Shown here piece by piece: positions 1 through 10,200 of a stretch of DNA of 64,000 bases. A model generated the notes under the pieces. That model made no database searches and was not told where the DNA came from. It saw nothing but the letters and a program-made list of their open reading frames with translations. The position numbers and the translations under genes are program-made. This DNA comes from Anthoceros angustus (taxonomy: Eukaryota > Plantae > Anthocerotophyta), in the NCBI GenBank assembly GCA_010909165.1, contig MU008181.1, forward strand, positions 372,001-436,000, read 5' to 3'. The stretch's first letter is position 1. Each line of letters starts with the position of its first letter.

Positions 1-1884
1 ATTGTGTTTGACGGGCTCGGTGAAAAAGATGTGGTGACGTGGACTGCTATGATAGCAGGGTATTCCAAGCAGGGCATGGGGCAGGACGCCCTCCGTCTTT
101 CCAGTGATATGCAAGCAGAAGGCATAGCTGTACCTGATTCTGTGACATTTGTGTGCCTCCTGCAAGCATGTGCGAGTCTGGGCACCCAAGCCTTGGAAGC
201 GGGGAAGCAGCTTCATGCCCAGATTTGGGAACAAGGACATCAGGCTGATGTGTTTGTAGCCAACAGTTTGGTGAACATGTATGCAAAATGTGGCAGTTTG
301 GAAGACGCTCAGATTGTGTTTGACGGGCTCGGTGAAAAAGATGTGGTGACGTGGACTGCTATGATAGCAGGGTATTCCAAGCAGGGCATGGGGCAGGACG
401 CCCTCCGTCTTTCCAGTGATATGCAAGCAGAAGGCATAGCTGTACCTGATTCTGTGACATTTGTGTGCCTCCTGCAAGCATGTGCGAGTCTGGGCACCCA
501 AGCCTTGGAAGCGGGGAAGCAGCTGCATGTTCAGATCATAGAAGGAGGGCACCAGGGTGATGTTTTTGTAGCCAACAGTTTGGTGAACATGTATGCAAAG
601 TGTGGCAGCATGGAAGATGCCCAGAACGTGTTTGATGGTCTTAGTCACAAAGATGTGGTGACATGGAATGCCCTGATGTCAGGATATTCCCAGGAGGGCA
701 TGGTGCAGGAAGTTCTGTGTCTTTACAGTGCTATGCAAGAAGAAGGTATATCTGTACCTGATCCCTTGACATTTGTGTGTCTCCTGCAGGCATTTGCAAG
801 TGTGGGCAGCCCAGCTTTGGAGGACGGGAAGCAGCTTCATGCCCAGATTTGGGAACAAGGACATCAGGCTGATGTGTTTGTGGCCAACAATCTGGTGAAC
901 ATGTATGCAAAGTGTGGTAGCTTGGAAGATGCTCAGAGAGTGTTCAAGGAACTTGATGAAAAAGATGTTGTGACGTGGAATGCCATAATCGCAGGATATG
1001 CACAGCAGGGCATGGGGCAGGAAGCCCTTCATCTCTTCAGTGCTATGCAAGAAGAGGGCGTGGCTGTACCTGATTCCGTGACATTTGTGTCCCTCCTTCA
1101 GGCATGTGCAAGCGTGGCAGCTTTGAGCCTTGGAAGGCAGCTACATGCACGGATTGAAGAACTAGGCCTTCAGGCCGATGTGTTTGTAGCCCGAGGTTTG
1201 ATAAACATGTACGGAAAGTCTGGGAGCATGGTTGATGCACATCAGGTTTTTGACGCATTGCCAGAAAGAGATGTCGTCTCCTGGAGTGCACTGATGGCAG
1301 GGTACACTGGTCAAGGAGACAGCAAATTGGTCTTTGAATTGATCCAGAGAATGAGTGAGGATGGTATACAGCCAGACGGCATCACATTCCTTAGTGTACT
1401 AACAGCATGCAGTCATGCGTGTCTGTTGGACAAGGGGAGGGAGTACTTTGAGGCTATGAGCAGAGACTATGGCATCACTCCTACAGTAGAGCACTACACA
1501 TGCATGGTGGATCTCCTCGGCCGTGCAGGCCAAGTGAAGGAGGCACTAGCGCTGATAAGGACGATGCCTGTACTGCCTAATGCTGCAGTATGGTATACTT
1601 TGTTAGGTTCGTGTCAAAAATGGAACAATGTGGAGGTGGGACAGTATTGTTTTGATGAAGCATTGAAGCTAAACCAGAAAGACGCTGCAGCGTATGTATT
1701 GATGTCAAACATATACACTGGTGCCCAGATGTGGGAGCAAGCACAGGTGATGCAGGTGAGGAGAAAAGGGATCAGGGCTTGGAAGGAGCCTGGTCAGAGC
1801 TGGTGGACAGACATGGAGGGATTCGTTCATAGCTTTCTGGTTGGGGATGAGAAGGATCCCAGGAGAAAAGCAAGACTGGACTAG
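1..1884 (+). CDS. PLS-class PPR protein with E domains and a WW-type PG box, no catalytic DYW domain (5' end outside window); organellar RNA-editing specificity factor
   Basis: Open from the window start. Regular P-L-S triplets (VVTWTAMIAGY / SVTFVCLLQAC / VFVANSLVNMYAKCG), then P2-L2-S2 (EHYTCMVDLLGRAG), E1/E2 (YVLMSNIY), then KEPGQSWWTD...HSFLVGD and a stop; no HxE/CxxC. Confidence 0.95.
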   Translation: MVFDGLGEKDVVTWTAMIAGYSKQGMGQDALRLSSDMQAEGIAVPDSVTFVCLLQACASLGTQALEAGKQLHAQIWEQGHQADVFVANSLVNMYAKCGSLEDAQIVFDGLGEKDVVTWTAMIAGYSKQGMGQDALRLSSDMQAEGIAVPDSVTFVCLLQACASLGTQALEAGKQLHVQIIEGGHQGDVFVANSLVNMYAKCGSMEDAQNVFDGLSHKDVVTWNALMSGYSQEGMVQEVLCLYSAMQEEGISVPDPLTFVCLLQAFASVGSPALEDGKQLHAQIWEQGHQADVFVANNLVNMYAKCGSLEDAQRVFKELDEKDVVTWNAIIAGYAQQGMGQEALHLFSAMQEEGVAVPDSVTFVSLLQACASVAALSLGRQLHARIEELGLQADVFVARGLINMYGKSGSMVDAHQVFDALPERDVVSWSALMAGYTGQGDSKLVFELIQRMSEDGIQPDGITFLSVLTACSHACLLDKGREYFEAMSRDYGITPTVEHYTCMVDLLGRAGQVKEALALIRTMPVLPNAAVWYTLLGSCQKWNNVEVGQYCFDEALKLNQKDAAAYVLMSNIYTGAQMWEQAQVMQVRRKGIRAWKEPGQSWWTDMEGFVHSFLVGDEKDPRRKARLD

Positions 1885-2114
1885 ATTATTTCCAAAGGTC
1901 TGCAATCGGCCAACTCTGGAGTCCCTATCGGCTGGTGTGACAAATGGAAAGCATATCAGTGGAGTCCGTATAGAAGAGTTCGTGCATTGGCTTGGTCGCA
2001 TGGCCCAAATGGATAAGACGCTGGTCTACGAAATCAGACTTCCTGGGTTCTATCTCCAGTGTGATCAACAAATGCATACTATACCAAATGCTCGATCCTT
2101 TATTACTTTAAATG

Positions 2115-2270
2115 GAAGGCCCGCAAACGGAGGATTATGCTGGTTAGTGTAAGTAACATCGTCGCGAAGGCACGCAAACGGAAGATTAGGCTGGTTGAGT
2201 GTAGGTACCATCGTCGCGAAGGCACGCAAACGGAAGATTATGCTGGTAGTGTCAGTGACATCGTCGTGAA
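2115..2270. repeat. about 51-52 bp tandem repeat, 3 diverged copies
   Basis: gaaggc(c/a)cgcaaacgga(g/a)gatta...catcgtcg units start at about 2115, 2166 and 2218. Confidence 0.85.
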
Positions 2271-2457
2271 CACAGGATGTGCTCATCAAGCTTACGGGAT
2301 AAGTCTCTGTTGACTGAACTTGCTGATCAGAAGTCATGCATTGGGGGAACGATTTCACAAGACATACTGCTGGCTCTACTGGACAAAGCATCCTGGAGGT
2401 GCCCAGCATCCTGGCCGTTAGTTTATGAGGCAACTTGTAGAATTGGCTGGCCAACAT

Positions 2458-5392
2458 TCAAGGATCATACCCCACCACTTTCAATTTTGAACTTAGGTCT
2501 TTCAGCAATCCATACAGCAGCGATTCTTGCTGGTGCCTGTGGTCGCCCACCATGAAGGTGTGCAACTCTTGGTTGTGCTCGATCCAGCTCTGTCCGGCTT
2601 TTTTCCAAGCACCCTTGCTTTCTCGCAACTCTTCTATCTCCCTTGCACACTCTGACATGCCAGCATGGGCATAAATGTTTGACATGAGCACATAAGATGA
2701 CGCTTGTTCTGGATCTAGGGCAACTGCACGATTGAAGGCATGCCTCCCAAGCACCACATTACTATGTGTACGGCAGGCGCTCAGAATACACAGCCATGCA
2801 GGGAAATCAGGCTGCATTGGCATTTTTAAGATCAAGTCTTCAACCTCTGTGAAGAGGCCGGCGCGGCCTACTAGATCTATGATGCAAACAAAATGCCCGA
2901 GTTCCGCAGTGATTCCATGCTCTGTTGTCATTCGGGCAAAGTACTGTAGCCCCGAGTCCACCATGCAAGCATGACTGCAGGCAGACAGAAGGGCCAGGAA
3001 TGTAACTCTATCGGGCTTCACTCCTGTACAACACATCTCCTCATAACACTGCCCGCATTTTGCAATATCTCCTTGTCGGGCGTACCCAGCAATCAGTGCA
3101 TTCCACGAAACTGGATCAGGTCGAGGCACGGCCTCAAAAACTTTTCGAGCATCCACCATACTCCCACATTTGCCATAAGCATGAATCAGACTGGTTGCTA
3201 CAGAAAGATAGCATTCACATCCCCGATCCACAACGTCCTGGTGGATATTGGTACAAATATCTAAGGCTCCTGTCTTGCTGCAAGCGTCTAGGACGCATAG
3301 GAATGTAGCCTCATTTGGTTCCACACTTTCCTCCTGCATTTGCCCATACATCTGAAGGGCCTTTTCCCCTTGGTCCTGTTGAGCATATGCTGCAACTATG
3401 GCATTCCAAGAGACCACATCTCGGTGGGATAATCCATCGAATATGCGACGTGCATCCTTGATGCTCCCGCACTTTGCAAACATACTAACCAGACTATTAC
3501 CGACGAACACATCTGAGTCAAAACCTCTGGAGGCTGCTTTTTCATATAGTTCTGTTCCCTTTCGCAGCGACCCCACTTTGATTATTTGGCCATGTACCAG
3601 TGAACTTTCTTCTTTGTCTGCAATGCTGCCACATGCTTGCAGAACGCTGACAAAGGTCCGGGAATCTGGCCTGAAACCTTTCTCTTGCATGTGCTCATAC
3701 AGCTCCAAGGCGATTCCACCTTGATCCTGCTGTGCATATGCTGCAATGATTGAATTCCATGACACCACATTGTGTTGTGTCATTCGGTCAAACACCTGCC
3801 TTGCATCCTTTATGCTTCCACACTTCCCATACATGCTCACCACAGTGCTTCCAACAAACACATCCGATTCAAAACCTAGGCGAACAGCTTCTGCATGTAT
3901 CCTACCCCCTTTCCGCAGTGACTCCACTTTGACATTTTGCCCATAAATGAGCGCACTTCTCTCCTTTTCTGCAAGGGCACCACATGCTTGCAGAGTGCTC
4001 ACAAAGGTTCGAGCATTTGGCTTGATTGCCTTCACTTGCATTTCCTCATATATTTGCAATGCACGTTCTCCTTGGTCCTGCTGAGCAAACGCTGCTATCA
4101 AAGCATTCCATGACACTACATCTTGGTGGGGCATCTGACAGCACACCTCTCGTCCATCCTTCAAGCTCCCACACTTCGCATACATGCTGACTAGACTGCT
4201 AGCAACAAACACATCTGAATCGAAACCCAGCCGAGTAGCTTCCGCATGTATTTCACTTCCCTTGCCCAATGACCTGACTTTGACCTGCTCCCCATGCATA
4301 AGAACACTCTCCTCCTTGTCTGCAAGGTTGCTACACGCTTGAAGAGCACTGACAAAAGTCCTACCGTCAGGCGTCACTCCTTCCTTGCGCATGTCAGCAT
4401 AAATCTGCAATGCCCTTTCCCCTTGGCCCCTCTGAGCATAGGCTCCAATCAATGCAGTCCAGGATACGACATTGCGGTGCACCAGTCTGTCGAACACCTG
4501 TTGCGCAATAGTGAGGTCGCCACACTTAGCATAAAAACTAACCAAAGTACTTCCCACAAAGACATCAGACTCAAGCCCATTTCTCAGAACATGAGCATGA
4601 ATCCGCTTGCCCTCTTCTAAGTCTTCTAACTTGCTGCACGCTTTCAGTAAGCCAACAAACGTGTACTTATCAGGTTGTACACCCTCCTGAAGCATGTCCT
4701 GGTAGCACGAGAGAGCCTGTCTACCCTGCCCAGCATTGCTATACCCTGAAATGACTGCTGTCCACGAAAAAACTGTTCTGCACGACAACCTCTCAAACAC
4801 CTGAATCCCATCTGTGATGCTTCCACATTTCACCAGAGTTGCAACCAGAAGCTCACCTAGGAATTTGTTGGCCTCGAACCCATGTTTTGCCATATGTGCA
4901 CGAACTGCTTTAGCTTCAACCAGGGCCTTCTTGTTGGTGCACGCCTCCAATAAGCACTTATACAACTGCACCGAAGGCACCATACCCAGCTCGTCCATGC
5001 CCAGCAGGGTGTCCAGGGCCTTGTCCAGTTGGCCCAACTTGCAGAGCCTTTCAGCCCCACCATAGCTCCTTGACCTGCAAACCCACACAGGATTTCAAGG
5101 CTGCATTAGGATTTCTTCCACGCAGTACAGTACGTGGCAAAACAGTACAGCACAGAATCTTCTGCCCAGCAAGCAATCACCTTCCTTTGTCAAGGACCAA
5201 CCGAGACTCAGACCCTTGACGTCCCTTCACCGATTCATGAAGTTCAGCACCCAGTCGGACTAGCTGCGACTCTGAATCACCCAAGCCCAGGAGCTTCTTC
5301 GAGTTTTGCTGTCTGAACGCAGGAGAGGCAGAGGATCTTTCTGCCTGCGATACAGCACAGCTCGGGCTGAATATCTCCAAGCATTGCTCCAT
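2458..5392 (-). CDS. PLS-class PPR protein with long (LL-type) L motifs, E domains and a truncated E+ end; 2 exons (5392-5181, 5074-2458)
   Basis: 876-aa ORF of PLS triplets ending WKKAGQSWIE...HTFMVGD...GYDP*. An upstream exon from ATG 5392 (MEQCLEIF...DKGR) joins in frame through a GT-AG intron at 5180-5075 (AG|gtgatt...ttgcag|G). Confidence 0.92.
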
Positions 5393-5534
5393 GTGCCCAC
5401 GGGGAGCTCCACCGTTTTATTCAGATGGATAAAGGGAACTGGGGGGCGCAAAACAGAAAGTTGTGTATCTCGCCACCCTACAATTTTTTATGAGGGCGCT
5501 GAACTCCGGGAGCGGGAAAGAGTGAGCAAGAGCG

Positions 5535-6896
5535 ATGGGGGCTCCGGTGATGAAGTTCCAGGCTGTGGTGATGGCCGGAGGGCTCATGAGGAAGCTCTTC
5601 CCACTGGTCTCTAAGGAAATGCCGAAGGCGCTGCTCCCTGTGGGGAATCGGCCGGTGCTGTCCTATGTGCTAGAGCTTCTGGAAGCCAGCAATCTGAAGG
5701 ATTTGATCGTGGTGGTGGCAGGAGAGGAATCAGCAGGGAGAATTGGTGACTGGATTACCGAGGCCTTTGCTGGGCGATTGAACGTGGAGGTTGCAGCCGT
5801 GCCCGAGGATGTGGGCACCGCGGATGCCCTGCGGCATGTGCTGCATTGTGTGACAGCTGACGACTTCATCGTGGTGAGCGGGGACCTGGTGTGCGATGTG
5901 CCGCTGGGCGTTGTGGCTGCTGCCCACAGACGGCAGGGGGCTGTGGTGACGGCATTGCTCTGCGGGAGGCCGACTGCTGGTGCTGCTGAGAGTGGGCCTG
6001 GGAAGGACAAATCGAAGCAGCCTGCGCCATTGGATGTCATCGGGCTGGGGCCTTCGCAGCAGTCCCTGCTCTACCTTGCCTCGGGCCCGCAGATTCTGAA
6101 GGAGGTGAGGACGGCCAGGTCCTTGTTGCGGGTAGCAGGGCACATGGACATCCGCACGGACCTCGTGGATGCGCACCTGTATGCCTTCAACAGGAAGGAA
6201 GTGAAGGAGGTGCTGGAGGCCAGGCCGGGGATCAGATCCATCAAACAGGACCTCGTACCCTACCTCGTCCGCTCCCAATTGAGACCGCAGCTGGCCACAG
6301 CTGCAGCCTCTGGCTTGGAGGAGGGTTTGGAGAGCTTGCGTGTGGCGGATGAAGTTGGTGCAGTGCAGCTCAGTACCTCTGCACTGCTGCAGGCAGAAAG
6401 CAAGGCTCAACCTTCTTTCAAGTGCCGAGCATATCTTGCCAGCAAGGGCAAGTATTGTGCCCGTCTGAACTCGATTCAGGCGTTTGAAGACATCAATCGG
6501 GATGTTGCAGGCGAGGCAATTCATCTGACGGGCTACACCGTCTCTGCTCAAAACAACGTCATCCATCCGACTGCGGTTTTGGGTTCCAAAACCACAGTAG
6601 GACCTCACTGCATGCTTGGGGAAGGCTCTCAGCTTGGTGACAAATGTAGTGTAAAGCGTTCTGTTGTTGGACGCCACTGCAGGATCGGTTCCAACGTGAA
6701 GATCATGAACTCAGTGCTGATGAACTATGTCACAGTTGACGATGGTTGTGTGATCCAAGGCTCGATTGTATGTAGCAACGTGCATCTGCAGGAAAGGTCC
6801 AACTTGAAAGACTGCCAAGTGGGAGCTGGTTACGTTATAGGGGCAGGCTCTGAATACAGGTCTGAAGCTTTGGAGTCCAAGCAGCACGCCTGGTGA
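5535..6896 (+). CDS. EIF2B3: translation initiation factor eIF2B gamma subunit (intronless)
   Basis: N-terminal nucleotidyltransferase-like domain (FQAVVMAGG...PKALLPVGNRPVLSYVLELLE, VGTADALR) and C-terminal left-handed beta-helix hexapeptides (KCSVKRSVVGRHCRIGSNVKIMNSV). Confidence 0.93.
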   Translation: MGAPVMKFQAVVMAGGLMRKLFPLVSKEMPKALLPVGNRPVLSYVLELLEASNLKDLIVVVAGEESAGRIGDWITEAFAGRLNVEVAAVPEDVGTADALRHVLHCVTADDFIVVSGDLVCDVPLGVVAAAHRRQGAVVTALLCGRPTAGAAESGPGKDKSKQPAPLDVIGLGPSQQSLLYLASGPQILKEVRTARSLLRVAGHMDIRTDLVDAHLYAFNRKEVKEVLEARPGIRSIKQDLVPYLVRSQLRPQLATAAASGLEEGLESLRVADEVGAVQLSTSALLQAESKAQPSFKCRAYLASKGKYCARLNSIQAFEDINRDVAGEAIHLTGYTVSAQNNVIHPTAVLGSKTTVGPHCMLGEGSQLGDKCSVKRSVVGRHCRIGSNVKIMNSVLMNYVTVDDGCVIQGSIVCSNVHLQERSNLKDCQVGAGYVIGAGSEYRSEALESKQHAW

Positions 6897-7233
6897 AGGT
6901 CCATCCGTCGTTTTGCCTGGCTCAAACAACTTTTCCCGTGCATGCACTGCCAGCAATGCCATCGTGTGACTCTAGGGTTCAGGAGGGCAATGTCCACACT
7001 CACTGTCTTGCCTAGGTTGCAGATGACGCAGAGTTGCAGAGACTTCGAACCAATAGGGAAGATCAAAATCGTCGTCCTTTTACACGGGGAACTATGTACG
7101 ATCAATAACGTCTTTTTCACACGAAAAAATGGCCAAATGTGGCTTTCGGGGGAAGCAGGTCCATTCACTGCCAGGGGCATCACCGCGTCTCGGTTCAGCC
7201 AGGAAAAGGATTACAGGAGATTCTCGTACAGAA

Positions 7234-10200
7234 TCAGCCTGACATCTTGTACTGTTTCTTCAGGAATTTGGACGCGTCTCTATCAGTCCTATGACACAAA
7301 ACTCGCAACAGCGTGTCTGCATCTGTTACACTTCGACCTCCCCCTTTTAGCATACCACCGGTGGATACCATCTGCTCGCCTGCCCGTTTGAAATTGTCGA
7401 TAACAAGGAATGCCTGCAAGGGGAAAATTGAAGGTCACCAGGTGGCTGTAAGAGCCAGCCAAGGGTAAAAGGAGCCTAAACCGAAAGCAAACTGCCGCAT
7501 ACCTCCAGACCGTAGAGAGTTAGAACTTGCTGAACAAGATTACTTGCGTTGTCCACAACACCTCTGGGCAAGCCATCTCCGTCTGCTATAAAGAATTCCT
7601 GTGCACAAAATGGATGCAATGTGATATTCACAAATTCACGTTGCCTCCCACTGTCCACGGACCCGATTAATGCAATAACAAATGACTCCACATCAGTATC
7701 AGTATCAGCCCAACCTTCAATAGATTGAAGTCTTCATCCAACATATCTGAGTCTTCCCGGTCAAACGAGCGATTCGTACCACCATCCAGCAGCACTCGAA
7801 TAAGGCCATCCTGCAAGCACCACGTAAAAAGGACCTATCACAACATCGACAACAAAGCAAGTCTTCCTGCAGGAACCATTTGAATATACTTACCACTGCA
7901 GCATGCAACAACCCAAGCACAACTCTATCTCGTAGAGGTTCTATGATGACACTGCAAAGTTGTCCAAGGACCTGCCCACCAACATAGCTCCTTCCATCAG
8001 AACAACTTCGGACATTTGAGACGAACTAGAGGAATATTTCAACCCAGACAGTAGCAAACCGCACCAGAACACTTACAGGATCCAACTCGTTCACCACTTT
8101 TTCCATTCGTGCCTGAGCGACACTTCCTTTGTACAAACCGTCAATAAATGTTTCCCTCATGTCCCAAAAAATAATCTTAGTGCCTGTACCATCATGATGA
8201 CTACAGATTAGATGCAGTAGACAGCCTGTCTCACGTGTACCAAGTGCGACTAGCTTCAATTTGATCATCATAATAGGGATGTTCAAACGGACATCCTTGC
8301 CTGTAAATTCACATAATTTGTCAATTGCATTGTTGGCAGCCTTTCGTGATCCTTCAAATAGTGATGACAGCTCATCTGCTTGCCGTGCCCCTGACAGACG
8401 CTTCACTTTAACATCTCCGTCACTCGGCCTGCTCCCTAAAGAGATCCAACAGTACCCCCCACTTAATTCCGACACAGACAAGCGACAGTGTGCGCGATGC
8501 ATCCTGTTTGAAAACCACTTCACTTTACAGGAAATCTTCCACTTAAGCAGCTGCTGAAACACAGTTCATACATGAGTGAGCTTACTTGAATGACCATTAC
8601 TTCGAGAAAGATCATCTAGCGGTCTCTTGACTGCCCAGCGTTCACGAACGGTGTCTTCTAAGATATCTACTTGTGCCAGAATGTACTGCACAGAGGATCA
8701 GCATCAGCATGGCATTTCAAATGTGGCTAGCTAGCTATCAAACAGACTCAAAGCACACAGAGCCTTACATGCAGTGTGTTAAGTCGGACACACAGCTTCG
8801 ATGTTGTCAGAAGGTTGATTTCAGAGGACCTTCTCTCATCAGGAAGTCGAGGGTCTGCAACCTTTTTCTTGGAAAAGGCTGCTTTCACTAATCCATCTTT
8901 CTTGTACCGAGCTAAACTTGGAACCGGGGGAATCAAATCTGATGTCTCACCTGACAGTCGCTATGGAAATGATGTTTAGAAACATGGAGAACCACAAGAT
9001 GCAGCTCCATGCCACGGAAAATCTGACACACAACAAAAGGACACCAGCAATGTTTTCTACCTAGTTCTGAAGCCACTCCTTTACAGTACAGCTGGAGAGC
9101 ATTGTCCAACCCATTGGTGAGGCCCTTAAGAAGTGGAACTCTCATCGGAAGCTTCATGTCAAAGAATTGGTCAACTGTCTGCTCAATGACAGTTTCAGAA
9201 GAACGACTTTGCATCAATCATGGGACTAAAACAAGTCAGAAATGTAACCACAGAAACAAAATAACTACCAACTCCAAATCAGACCTCTTCAATGATGCGA
9301 AAGACCTCAACAACTGATTCTCCATGACGCTGTTGATTTGACAAACCTTCCCATTTCTGCCAGCAGGTGGAAAGATTGCAGTCAGATCACAGATCAGGGT
9401 TCACCACTCTTAACAGCTAAAACTTGGACACCCCTTCAACTTACCTCTTGTTGGAGGGTACGTTCGACCCACTCATTAACTTTGCTCAGCTGCATGTTAA
9501 CCCATCTCATGATAAGGGTACCCGAAACTACTTCAACCTGATGAAGCAGGAACACCATAAGAAGATACTCAGATAAGTGACAAGCATGTCACTTGCAGCA
9601 TCAACAAGTTTTTCAACAACTCTTTGAACTAAACCATTTCAGCTCAGTGCTGAAACCGTCAGAAGATAACATAGTCAAATAAAGGTTCAGGAAAACCACT
9701 ACTCTTGATATAGATCTCACCTGGTAGGGAACTAGCTGCTGCTCATATATACTTTCATCATCTAGGTCAGGGACAGATAGTATCAACTCCAATAGGTACT
9801 GCTCTAGGCTGTCGGCAGCTGGAAGGACTGATGCTACATCATCCGTAAGATGAGAAACACCATCCAGAAATGGTTTCTGAACAAGCGGCAATATTGTGTC
9901 AATACAGCATGGCCAAACTTACCAAAATTGACTTACAGTAAGCAATAGTCAGAGCAGGACTGCATACAAGGATACAGCCTGATGATATAACAAGGAGCAC
10001 AAATATCAATCAATAAAAAGGTGGTGAGATCTCTCACTAGCTCCTTCTGGAAAAGACCATGCAGAACAGTTGCTGTAGTGGCCACAGCTTGTGGGTGCCA
10101 CCGACTAAGGATGGGAGCAAATAGTGTAACGTCTCGCCTCGCCAGAGCATGGACTTCCACTGCAAGCAAAGCCAATGGATGCTCACCATCTGTGTCCGCT

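Noticed and set aside
1885-2457. Hidden DYW deaminase exon between the two PPR genes
   Set aside because: No HxE(x)nCxxC or DYW/GRP-type terminus found by eye on either strand.
5730-6677. 315-aa antisense ORF
   Set aside because: Antisense shadow of GC-rich eIF2B-gamma; no recognisable domain.
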